Below are positions 55,583 through 64,000 of a stretch of 64,000 nucleotides of DNA, one piece after another; positions within the stretch are counted from its first letter, which is position 1; each line of letters begins with the position of its first letter. The stretch is taken from the NCBI GenBank assembly GCA_015055945.1, contig SVHH01000005.1, positions 40,336 to 104,335 of the forward strand, given 5' to 3'. Under the pieces are notes generated by a model. That model ran no database searches and had not been told where the DNA came from. It saw only the letters and a program-made list of their open reading frames with translations. This DNA is from Clostridiales bacterium (GTDB taxonomy: Bacteria; Bacillota; Clostridia; Christensenellales; Borkfalkiaceae). The translations under genes and the position numbers were made by a program.

Positions 55583-56503
55583 TTATTTTTTTTGTGGTTG
55601 AGAATTTCTTTCCCAAAAAACACCGTTATGATAGCCTTGAATAGTCGTGTCTTTTTCAGCGTCTTGCAAGCGTTTTTCCGCCCACGCACAATACAGGGGA
55701 TTTTGCTCTATACCGATATAATTTCTATTCAACTTCTTAGCAACAACCGCCGTTGTTCCACTTCCAGCAAAGGGGTCTAAAACTAAATCGTTTTCATTTG
55801 AACTTGCCAAAATTAGTTTTGCAATAAGTTTTTCGGGTTTTTGAGTGGGGTGTGCGGTGTTTTCCGCCATTGACCAGTAAGGAACGGCAATATCATCCCA
55901 AAAGTTTGAAGGGCAAGTGTTTCTAAACTTTCCGTCCGCAGTTTCTTCCCAGTCTTTTGGCACGCCGTTTTCTTTATACGGTGCAATAACCCTTTTTCTT
56001 TGCTTTACCGCATCAAGGTTAAAGGTAAAATTTTCACTTACCGTGGCATAGAAAATATCTTCCATAGAGTTTTTCCAGTTAGATTTTGCGCCCCTACCCT
56101 TTTCCCTTTGCCAAGTTATGCGGTTTTTGAGAACAAAATGCTCTTCGATAAGCGGTCCAATAACGAGTGCGCTGCGCCAATCACAGCACACGTAAACGCT
56201 TGCGGTACTTTTAAGTTTTGGTTTTACGGCGTTTATCCAACTTTCAGTGTACTCTTTATACTTTTCGTTTGCCGATTTCTTAAAACCGTTGCCGTGAAAA
56301 TCTTTATCGAGATTGTACGGCGGGTCAACTATAAGCAAGTCCACTGAGCCGTCTTTTATTTTATTTAGCGCACTAAAAGTGTCGCCGATAACAATGCTAT
56401 TTTGCTCTATAACCGCAAGTTTTTCTTCGTAAACGCAACGCGCAAGATATTCGCCCGCTTGCTCTAGCGGAAAGTCGATAGTTTTGTTTTTTAATGATTT
56501 CAT
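55583..56503 (-). CDS. Beta-class (N6A/N4C, PF01555-type) DNA methyltransferase, solitary
   Basis: Motif IV DPPYNL comes early; AHPTQKPEKL and motif I DPFAGSGTT come late. ATG 56503 lies 1 nt after the rho stop; the tracked longer ORF starts at a TTG inside rho. Confidence 0.85.
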   Translation of the reverse strand: MKSLKNKTIDFPLEQAGEYLARCVYEEKLAVIEQNSIVIGDTFSALNKIKDGSVDLLIVDPPYNLDKDFHGNGFKKSANEKYKEYTESWINAVKPKLKSTASVYVCCDWRSALVIGPLIEEHFVLKNRITWQREKGRGAKSNWKNSMEDIFYATVSENFTFNLDAVKQRKRVIAPYKENGVPKDWEETADGKFRNTCPSNFWDDIAVPYWSMAENTAHPTQKPEKLIAKLILASSNENDLVLDPFAGSGTTAVVAKKLNRNYIGIEQNPLYCAWAEKRLQDAEKDTTIQGYHNGVFWERNSQPQKK

Positions 56504-56504
56504 A

Positions 56505-57908
56505 TTATTTACCGTAAATTCTAAGCCAATCGTCAAGTTTTGCTATCAAATCTTGATTATTTTTAGTCTTTTTCATCATTTCGAGCAAGTTTTCCGTACT
56601 GTCTTCACTCTCTGACAATACTCTGCGGAGTTTATAAGACGCACTGAGTTCTTCATCATTAAGAAGTCTTTGTTCTTCACGAGTGCCTGATTTATAGAAG
56701 TCTATTGCAGGGAAAATTCGTTTTTCACTAAGTTCTCTTGACAAGTGAATTTCCATATTACCCCTACCCTTAAACTCTTCGTAAATAACGTCGTCCATAC
56801 GACTGCCAGTTTCAATAAGTGCAGTTGATAAAATGGTAAGCGAGCCGCTCTCATAGGTGTTTCTTGCCGAGCAAAAGAAACTCTTAGGTCCTTCAAGCGC
56901 TGCGGGATCTATACCACCAGAAAGCGTTTTGCCTGATGATTCCACTTTGGTATTGTACGCTCTTGTAAGCCTTGTGATAGAGTCTAACAACACAATTACG
57001 TCTTCACCTATCTCTACTAAGCGCTTTGCCCTATTGATAACTAGTTCAGCAATCTTTACGTGATGTTCAGCACTTTTATCAAAAGTTGAATATACAACTT
57101 CGCCTTTAATAGAGTTCTTGATATCGGTTACTTCTTCGGGACGCTCATCAATAAGCAGAACAATAAGTTTTGCCTTAGGATAGTTTTGTTCAATAGATTT
57201 TGCAACCATTTTCAAAAGGGTTGTTTTGCCAGTTTTAGGCGGCGCAACGATTAAACCCCTTTGTCCAAATCCTAACGGACACAAAAGGTCAATAGCGCGC
57301 ATAGAAAGTGAACTTTCTTTTTCGCTTTCAAGTTTAATTCTTTTATCGGGATGACACGCAGTAAAGTCGTCAAACTTTTTTCTATGCATCATAGAATCCG
57401 TCGGATATCCGTTTATAGCGTATACGCTCTGCAAAGCGGCAGACCCAGTTTCTCTAACAGGTTTTGCATAGCCAGTTACCCTATCACCCGCACGAAGCCT
57501 TAATTTTGTAATCATTTCTTGAGAAACGAAAGCATCGCCGTCCGACGCGCTGTAATTTTTAACGCGAATAAAACCGTATTTTAAGTGCGGTTCAAAAACA
57601 CCGTCGATGTCAAAATCTTCTTCGTTCAAAATAAGGTCTTCGTAAGGCTGATAATCGTAAGTAATATTCTCCCAATCATCCTTTACCAAAAAGGCTGAAA
57701 TATCAACTGAAATTTTAACAGGTGCACCGCGTTTACTGAGTTCTACGGGTTCTAATTCGCCCTTTTGAATTGCAATTATTTCAGTAATAATTTGCTCTTT
57801 TTTCTTGGTTGTGGGCGCTTTTACGCCTATTCTACGCCCTATTTCACGAATAATGTCCGTGTGCGCATTATCTAACATTTCTTGCGTAAATTTCTTAAAT
57901 TTTTCCAT
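56505..57908 (-). CDS. rho: Transcription termination factor Rho
   Basis: GQRGLIVAPPKTGKTTLL Walker A, LIDERPEEV, and a Rho C-terminus. 467 aa. Confidence 0.96.
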   Translation of the reverse strand: MEKFKKFTQEMLDNAHTDIIREIGRRIGVKAPTTKKKEQIITEIIAIQKGELEPVELSKRGAPVKISVDISAFLVKDDWENITYDYQPYEDLILNEEDFDIDGVFEPHLKYGFIRVKNYSASDGDAFVSQEMITKLRLRAGDRVTGYAKPVRETGSAALQSVYAINGYPTDSMMHRKKFDDFTACHPDKRIKLESEKESSLSMRAIDLLCPLGFGQRGLIVAPPKTGKTTLLKMVAKSIEQNYPKAKLIVLLIDERPEEVTDIKNSIKGEVVYSTFDKSAEHHVKIAELVINRAKRLVEIGEDVIVLLDSITRLTRAYNTKVESSGKTLSGGIDPAALEGPKSFFCSARNTYESGSLTILSTALIETGSRMDDVIYEEFKGRGNMEIHLSRELSEKRIFPAIDFYKSGTREEQRLLNDEELSASYKLRRVLSESEDSTENLLEMMKKTKNNQDLIAKLDDWLRIYGK

Positions 57909-57927
57909 ATGTATAACCCCTTTTGTT

Positions 57928-59122
57928 TTAAGCGCCTTTTATTGCGCGAGCGGCTGATATTGCTGAAGAAAATGCAAAGGTTATGTTATATCCGCCGCAG
58001 TCTCCGTCAACGTCTAACATTTCGCCTATAATATAAACGCCTTTAGCAAGTTTACTTTCAAAAGTATTTTTATCTATATCTTTAGTCTTAATTCCGCCTT
58101 TAGTTACTTGTGCGTAATTAAAACCAACGTTACCAGTTACCTTTAACTTAAAGTTTTTAAGCGCGTGCGCAACGCTTTCTGCCGTGATTTCTTTAACCGT
58201 TTTAAGCACCGCTTGACCTATGCGCTTATTTAGTATGCCGACTAATATATCCGTTTTTGCAATATATCCGCAAGAAAGTCTATTTTTTAGTAGCAACGCT
58301 ACTTCTTCTTGCGACATTTCGGGTAAAAATTCAATATTTAAATATTCGTTTTCTTTTCCGCTCAAATACGCTGAAACTTGGAACACTGCCGAACCTGAAA
58401 CGCCGTAATCTGTAAATAGCAAATCGCCAGTAGAACTAGTCAAAGTCTTACCACCGACTACGGCACTAACCGTTGCAACTTCCTTTAACCCTTTAAGCCC
58501 GCGAATTTGCTCGGTTTGAGTTTTAAGTTGAACAAGCGACGGATAAAGTTCGCTCTTTTTATGCCCAAAATTTTGTGCTAAAGAGTAAGAAGATCCGTCT
58601 GTACCAAATTGCTTTTGCGCAGCACCACCAACCGCTAAAACGACAGATTTTGCCGCATATACCCCACTTGAAGATTTAATAGTATAATACTCGCCTTTTT
58701 TTGTTACGTCCGTTACGAAAGAATCGGTTTTAGTAACGCACCCCTTACTATCTATACGCCCTTATGATGTCTAAAACGGCTGATGCTTGGCGTGATAATG
58801 GATACATTTTTCCGTCCTTTAGGGTGCAGAGCGGAATACCAAGTTCGCTTAAGTATTTTTCTAAATCAATATTTATAGTGTTAGCAATAAAAGCGTCGAT
58901 AAAATCTTTATCGCCGTGATAAAATTGCGCGCTAAAATTACGGTTCATAAGGTTACCTTGACCGTTACCAGTTGCAATAAGTTTTTTGCCAACTCTATCC
59001 ATGCGCTCTAAAATAAGCACTTCATCCCCAGACAAAGCACTATTTCCGCGCGTGAGTTCAACGGCAGTCATTAAGCCTGCCGCTCCCCCGCCTATTATTG
59101 CGGTATTATATATTTTTTGCAA
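57928..59122 (-). pseudogene. BaiN/HI0933-family NAD(P)/FAD-dependent oxidoreductase, interrupted by a single frameshift
   Basis: The N-terminal frame (AIIGGGAAGL FAD motif) stops at TAG 58750-58748. The rest of the protein is open in the +1 frame from 58761 down to 57928 (RIDSKGCV...GGYNITFAFSSAISAARAI). Confidence 0.75.
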
Positions 59123-59248
59123 AATATTACTCCTTGCAAATTATTTTGTACGAAAATAATGGAATTTTGAAAAATAATAAAAAATAAATAAAAAATTGAA
59201 AGTAGCCTAAACGGCTTTTTTGAAAAAATAATTAAAAAGATAAGAATA

Positions 59249-59893
59249 TTATAAAATATTTAATAAATCTAAGGGTTTTTGAACAAAAATAGTTGCGCCA
59301 GCGTCCTGCAACTCATCTTTACTTCTATATCCCCATAAAACCGCAACGCCGTTAATTCCAGCGTTTATTGCAGTTATAACGTCAGTTTCTCCGTCCCCTA
59401 TAAAAAAAGCGTTTTGTTTTTCTACACCGTACTTTTCCAAGATTGAGTTAGTAACAGTTGGGTCGGGTTTAATCTTAACACCGTCGCGCTGACCGATAAC
59501 TAAATCGATAGGCATATCCGACATATATTGGTTAAAAATAGCATCGGTGGTTATTTGCGGTTTGTTGGTAAGTATTGCCATTTTATAACCGCGGTTTGCT
59601 AATTCTTGAACAACTTCTTTTACCCCGTCGAAAAGTTTGGTTTTAGGGCTGCCACTGTTGGTGTAAATTTCGTTATAATATTTAAGCAAGCGGTCTATTT
59701 CTTCATCGCAAGTACCTTCGGGTAAACCCTTTTTGACAAGGTTTCTTGCGCCAGTACCGATAAAGCGCATAACGGCACTTCTATCGTGCGTTTTATAACC
59801 GAACTTTTCAAGCGTTTTATTTAAGCAGTCTTGTATGTCGGGAAGGCTGTCAAGCAGCGTTCCGTCAAGGTCAAAAATAATAAGTTTTTGCAT
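59249..59893 (-). CDS. HAD-superfamily hydrolase (phosphoglycolate phosphatase-like)
   Basis: FDLDGTLLDS motif I and GDGETD motif. Confidence 0.88.
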   Translation of the reverse strand: MQKLIIFDLDGTLLDSLPDIQDCLNKTLEKFGYKTHDRSAVMRFIGTGARNLVKKGLPEGTCDEEIDRLLKYYNEIYTNSGSPKTKLFDGVKEVVQELANRGYKMAILTNKPQITTDAIFNQYMSDMPIDLVIGQRDGVKIKPDPTVTNSILEKYGVEKQNAFFIGDGETDVITAINAGINGVAVLWGYRSKDELQDAGATIFVQKPLDLLNIL

Positions 59894-59895
59894 AC

Positions 59896-61578
59896 TTACA
59901 TTTGTTCTACGGTTTCAATGCCTAAAAGTGTCAATGCATTGGTCAAAGTTATTTGAACTGCTTTTGTAATCGCCAAACGGAAATTTTTAACCTTTTCATC
60001 ATCACAAACGATTTTGCAACCCATATAGAACTTATTGAACGCGGTTGCAAGGTCGATTGCATAGCGCGTTACTAAAGACGGTTCGTATTTTTCCGCCGCC
60101 GCTTTAATAGTTTCTTCAAACTTGCCAAGTGTTGAAATAACTTGATATTCGTCAGCATTCATTTCAACGCCGCTATAATCGCCAAGTTCTCCGCACTTTG
60201 CAATAACTGAATTACAACGCGCAACGGTGTATTGAACGTACGGACAGGTTTCACCTTCAAAAGATAAAACTCTATCGTAACTGAACACGATATCTTTAAT
60301 TTTATTGTTACAGAGCGCACCAAAGATAACCGCGCCAGTACCAACTGCTTTTGCAATTTGCTCTTTATTTTCTAAAGTCGGGTTTTTATCTTCAATAACT
60401 TTATACGCCTTTTCAATGGTCTTATTGATAACGTCTTCCAAAAGAACAACGTTACCAGAACGCGTACTCATTGAGCCGCTCTCAAGTGATACCATACCGT
60501 AAGCAACGTGAACAAGGTCTTTTGCCCAGTCCTTACCCATAAGTTCTAAAACTTTAAAGAACTGCTTAAAGTGTAAATTTTGTTGATATGCAACGACGTA
60601 CAAACACTTATCAAAGTTGTAAGTATTTTTACGGTATACAGCAGCCGCCATATCACGCGTTGCGTAAAGTGAAGAACCGTCCGACTTTAAGATTAAACAC
60701 GGGGGCATTCCGTATTCTTCTAAGTCTACGATAGACGCACCGTCTGAAATCTTGATTAAGCCTTTATCCTTTAATTCGTTTACGACGGGTGCCATTTTGT
60801 CGTTATAAAAACTTTCCCCAGCATAAGAATCAAACTCTACGTTTAAGAGTTTGTAAATTTTATCAACTTCTTCCAAAGTAATCTTTTTGAACATTTCAAA
60901 AAGTTCGTTACTTTCTTTGTCGCCATCTTCAATTAGTTTAAAGTAATGGCGGGCTTCATCATCCATTGACGGATCAAGTTTTGCTTCGTCGTGGTATTTT
61001 ACGTAAATTCTAGTAAGTTCTTTTAATCTACCTTCTTCAACGGCCTTAACGCTACTCCAACGCTTAAACGCTACGATAAGTTTACCAAACTGAGTGCCGT
61101 AATCGCCAAGGTGGTTAATACCTACTACTTTATAACCTAAAAACTTAAAAATTTTGCAGAGCGCGCTACCGATAACGGTTGTTGATAAGTGCCCGATATG
61201 GAAAGGCTTTGCAATGTTGATAGAAGAATAGTCAATACAAATAGTTTTGCCGTTCCCCATATCGCTTGCGCCAAAATTTTCACCTTTATCTAAAACGGTG
61301 TCAAGCAAAGAAAATGCAAAGTTTTGGCGGTTAATCTTAAAGTTAAGATAACCGTTCACTGCGGTACATTCCCCTATGTGTTCGTCCGTTACGAAAGATG
61401 CTGCTAAATCTTGAGCAATCTTAACGGGAGACGAGCGCAAAATTTTGCTAAGTTTAAAACACGGCAAGGCAAAGTCGCCCATGTCGTTATTCGGGGGGAT
61501 TTCTATAAATGATTTCAACGCGTCTTTTTCAACGCCTTCAATACTTAATTTTTCAGCAATATAATTTTTGTAATCCAT
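59896..61578 (-). CDS. argS: Arginine--tRNA ligase
   Basis: ArgRS sequence (HIGHLSTT HIGH motif). Start set at ATG 61578, 7 nt after GGAG; the tracked GTG lies inside the SD. Confidence 0.94.
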   Translation of the reverse strand: MDYKNYIAEKLSIEGVEKDALKSFIEIPPNNDMGDFALPCFKLSKILRSSPVKIAQDLAASFVTDEHIGECTAVNGYLNFKINRQNFAFSLLDTVLDKGENFGASDMGNGKTICIDYSSINIAKPFHIGHLSTTVIGSALCKIFKFLGYKVVGINHLGDYGTQFGKLIVAFKRWSSVKAVEEGRLKELTRIYVKYHDEAKLDPSMDDEARHYFKLIEDGDKESNELFEMFKKITLEEVDKIYKLLNVEFDSYAGESFYNDKMAPVVNELKDKGLIKISDGASIVDLEEYGMPPCLILKSDGSSLYATRDMAAAVYRKNTYNFDKCLYVVAYQQNLHFKQFFKVLELMGKDWAKDLVHVAYGMVSLESGSMSTRSGNVVLLEDVINKTIEKAYKVIEDKNPTLENKEQIAKAVGTGAVIFGALCNNKIKDIVFSYDRVLSFEGETCPYVQYTVARCNSVIAKCGELGDYSGVEMNADEYQVISTLGKFEETIKAAAEKYEPSLVTRYAIDLATAFNKFYMGCKIVCDDEKVKNFRLAITKAVQITLTNALTLLGIETVEQM

Positions 61579-61637
61579 ATTTTTCTCCACTTTTAATTAT
61601 AATACCACATATTTTATAAAAAAAGCAACCTAAAAAC

Positions 61638-61666
61638 TTGTAATTTTCTTTATTTTAGATTATAAT
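61638..61666 (+). promoter_or_regulatory. Promoter of ychF
   Basis: TTGTAA (61638-61643), 17 nt, TATAAT (61661-61666). Confidence 0.65.
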
Positions 61667-61699
61667 TGTTAGGATAATTATTCTACGGAGAATTTTAAT

Positions 61700-62797
61700 A
61701 TGAAATTAGGCGTTGTAGGACTTCCTAACGTTGGTAAGTCTACGTTATTTAATGCAATTACCCACGCGGGCGCTGAGTGCGCAAACTACCCTTTCTGCAC
61801 CATTGAACCCAACGTTGGTATAGTTGCCGTGCCCGACGTTCGTCTTGACGTTTTGGGTAAAATGTATAATACCAAAAAAATTACCCCTGCCGTTGTTGAA
61901 TTCGTTGATATTGCTGGGCTCGTTAAGGGCGCAAGCAAGGGCGAAGGCTTAGGCAATAAGTTCTTGGCAAACATTCGTGAAACGGACGCTATCGTGCACG
62001 TTGTTAGATGCTTTGAAGATGAAAACATCACCCACGTTGACGCTGACATCGACCCTTTACGCGATATTGAAACCATTAACTTAGAACTTATCTTTGCGGA
62101 TACTGATTCGGTTAAAAAGCGCTTAGATAAAGCAATTTCAATGACTAAAACGGGCGACAAAAAGTATAAAGTGGAAGCGGAATTCTTGCAAAGACTTTTC
62201 GACCACTTATCTGAAATGAAACCCGCAAGAACTCTTGACGTGAACGAAGACGAAAAGGAATACTTAAAAACCCTTTTCTTACTCACCGCAAAACCCGTTA
62301 TTTACACCGCTAATATCGGTGAAAAAGATATGGGCAAGGATGAAAAATACCTTCCTTTAGTTCAAAAACTTATCGAATTTGCTAACAGTGAAAACGCTGA
62401 ACATATGGTTATTTGCGCTAAGATTGAAGAAGAACTTTCTATGTTAGAGCCCGAAGAACAACAGATGTTCTTAGAAGAATACGGCTTGAAAGAAAGCGGA
62501 CTTGATAGACTTGTTAAAACTTCTTATAAACTCTTAGGACTTCTCAGTTACTTAACCGCGGGCGAAAAAGAAGTTCGCGCGTGGACTATTGAACAAGGCA
62601 CTAAAGCACCGCAAGCGGCGGGTAAAATTCACTCTGACTTTGAAAAAGGCTTTATTAGAGCGGAAATCGTTGACTATGACGTTTTAGTTGAACTTGGCAG
62701 TTTTAACGCCGCAAAAGAAAAAGGCAAAGTTCGTTCCGAAGGTAAAGAATACGTCATCAAAGACGGCGACGTTGTACTCTTTAGATTTAACGTTTAA
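61700..62797 (+). CDS. ychF: Redox-regulated ATPase YchF (Obg-family)
   Basis: [19 protein letters not shown] and a C-terminal TGS-like [11 protein letters not shown]. Confidence 0.96.
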   Translation: MKLGVVGLPNVGKSTLFNAITHAGAECANYPFCTIEPNVGIVAVPDVRLDVLGKMYNTKKITPAVVEFVDIAGLVKGASKGEGLGNKFLANIRETDAIVHVVRCFEDENITHVDADIDPLRDIETINLELIFADTDSVKKRLDKAISMTKTGDKKYKVEAEFLQRLFDHLSEMKPARTLDVNEDEKEYLKTLFLLTAKPVIYTANIGEKDMGKDEKYLPLVQKLIEFANSENAEHMVICAKIEEELSMLEPEEQQMFLEEYGLKESGLDRLVKTSYKLLGLLSYLTAGEKEVRAWTIEQGTKAPQAAGKIHSDFEKGFIRAEIVDYDVLVELGSFNAAKEKGKVRSEGKEYVIKDGDVVLFRFNV

Positions 62798-62812
62798 TCT
62801 CAATAAAAAAGT

Positions 62813-62848
62813 AAAAAGGACTTATCAACCCGATAAGTCCTTTTTTTG
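62813..62848 (+). terminator. Rho-independent terminator after ychF
   Basis: AAAAAGGACTTATC/GATAAGTCCTTTTT hairpin followed by TTTGTTT. Confidence 0.85.
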
Positions 62849-63032
62849 TTTAGAAATAAAATTCCTTAGCACATTATTAATACATAGATAAGTGCTTAAA
62901 GATAGTTTTAAGGGTTTAGAAACAAGTTAGGCAAGGCTCGAAAAGTGTTTGGGGTGAAATTGACCGTCTGGTCATTGAAGTCCAAACGCTTTTCAGTAAA
63001 CGACGCATAACGCCGTTTATAAGCCCTTAAAA

Positions 63033-63656
63033 TTAGTATAATTTTGTATATTCCCAGCCTTCTTCAATACCAAGATCACGCATAGCCTTTTCTTTGCGCT
63101 CTGCAATCTTTTCATCGAGTTGGTCAAAGAAGTTGTTGCCTTCACAGTCGATATCTACGATAAACGGACCGATATCGTTAAGATCGAAGAACCAAGCGGC
63201 TTCAATACGACCGAGTTCATCGTATAAGTGAACGGTTTCAACTTTAATTGAGTCAATCCAAAGGTTAGGGCTAACTGAACGGGGAGAAACGTGAACGCAT
63301 TTCTTTTCTTTCATCATTTTTGCGGTTTCTTTGCCCATGGTGGTTTTACCCACAATCATCTTTAAGCCCCATTCATCAACGCTCTTTGCGCCCCATTTTT
63401 CAAATCTAATGCTTGAAGTGGGCATGAAAGAATTGAGTTTCCACTTGCCGTTTTCTTTTACAACGATAGGACCGTTATGAATAAGCACGTTTCTATTTTC
63501 GGTTGAGAAAGGTAAAACGTTCTTTTCATCAAAGATGTATTTTTGAAGTCTTGATCTGCAAGTAAAAGCAGGTCCGCTTATGTAAACTATATCACCGATT
63601 TTTAATTGTTTTACGTCTTCATCGGTTAAAGGCGCAGTTAAATGATATTCTGCCAT
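63033..63656 (-). CDS. Fe-S hydro-lyase beta subunit (class I fumarate hydratase C-terminal domain / TtdB-type)
   Basis: 207 aa. LKIGDIVYISGPAFTCRSRL...GKTTMG is typical of FumA_C/TtdB. Confidence 0.85.
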   Translation of the reverse strand: MAEYHLTAPLTDEDVKQLKIGDIVYISGPAFTCRSRLQKYIFDEKNVLPFSTENRNVLIHNGPIVVKENGKWKLNSFMPTSSIRFEKWGAKSVDEWGLKMIVGKTTMGKETAKMMKEKKCVHVSPRSVSPNLWIDSIKVETVHLYDELGRIEAAWFFDLNDIGPFIVDIDCEGNNFFDQLDEKIAERKEKAMRDLGIEEGWEYTKLY

Positions 63657-63667
63657 AATTCTACCCC

Positions 63668-64000
63668 CTATCTATCACCAAACCACATCGGGCTCTTCAT
63701 TCTAGTAACGGTGCCGTCCGCATCAATTCTGCTAGATGCACGGCGCGCTATCATACAGTTAGTACTGGTTGCACAAGCAATACCCGCGATATGAGTGTAA
63801 GCGTATTCAACGTTTACTGCGAGAACTGATGTATCACCACCAGCACCCAAGATACCTATACCAAGGCTGTTAAGTGCTTTGTATAAATCTTCTTCAATCT
63901 TAGCGAACATCGGGTCGGGGTGTTTTGAGCCAACTGTTCTTAAGCACGCTGCTTCTTTCGCAAGGTTTGCTGCAACGTTTGCAGTACCACCGATACCAAT
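63668..64000 (-). CDS. Fe-S hydro-lyase alpha subunit (class I fumarate hydratase N-terminal domain / TtdA-type), C-terminal fragment
   Basis: The frame stays open to the window edge. Its position is typical, immediately upstream of the beta subunit. Confidence 0.7.
   Translation of the reverse strand: MGIGGTANVAANLAKEAACLRTVGSKHPDPMFAKIEEDLYKALNSLGIGILGAGGDTSVLAVNVEYAYTHIAGIACATSTNCMIARRASSRIDADGTVTRMKSPMWFGDR

Noticed and set aside
58748-58764. Programmed +1 ribosomal frameshift in the BaiN-like gene.
   Set aside because: I see no recognisable slippery or prfB-like shift site, and no internal SD at the right spacing. An indel or sequencing error is the simpler explanation.

Overview
This is an AT-rich Bacillota chromosomal segment from a Clostridia-like endospore former (spoIIE and spoVT are present). 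It is almost entirely housekeeping and almost entirely encoded on the minus strand.

Gene content, left to right:
- secY 5' end and the complete S10-spc ribosomal-protein block (rplO back to rpsJ), driven by a consensus promoter with a long attenuator-like leader.
- clpX-clpP and tig.
- rqcH, two RluA-family pseudouridine synthases, an RlmI-like methyltransferase and a type-2 ileS.
- A long Bacillus-type SRP RNA (+).
- A PlsC-like acyltransferase, an ABC-2 exporter pair, and a GNAT plus lipoprotein pair.
- tmRNA (ssrA), with metA and metY wedged between it and smpB-rnr-secG.
- gpmI-tpiA-pgk and a Na/Pi-PhoU transporter.
- trmL, a degenerate CN-hydrolase-like gene, dusB, a MOP flippase, spoVT, a ComEC-like MBL protein and ddh.
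- spoIIE (+).
- A roughly 2.6 kb accessory-looking cassette bracketed by two near-identical terminator hairpins. It holds a very AT-rich orphan gene, a Cys/His-rich BspA-type LRR lipoprotein and a divergent XRE regulator.
- parE-parC.
- rho with a tightly coupled orphan beta-class DNA methyltransferase.
- A frameshifted BaiN/HI0933-type flavoprotein gene, a HAD phosphatase, argS, ychF (+) and Fe-S hydro-lyase (fumarase/tartrate dehydratase type) subunits.

I saw no rRNA, tRNA, CRISPR array, transposase or integrase. I could not identify an unambiguous novel multi-gene system.

The best leads are:
- the 48.4-51.0 kb cassette;
- the rho-coupled orphan methyltransferase;
- the unusual rnr-smpB-metY-metA-ssrA arrangement, with a structured ~160-nt segment after the tmRNA CCA end;
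- several structured non-coding segments.

All homology calls come from reading the supplied translations, not from database searches. Hand-derived coordinates of small motifs may be off by 1-2 nt.
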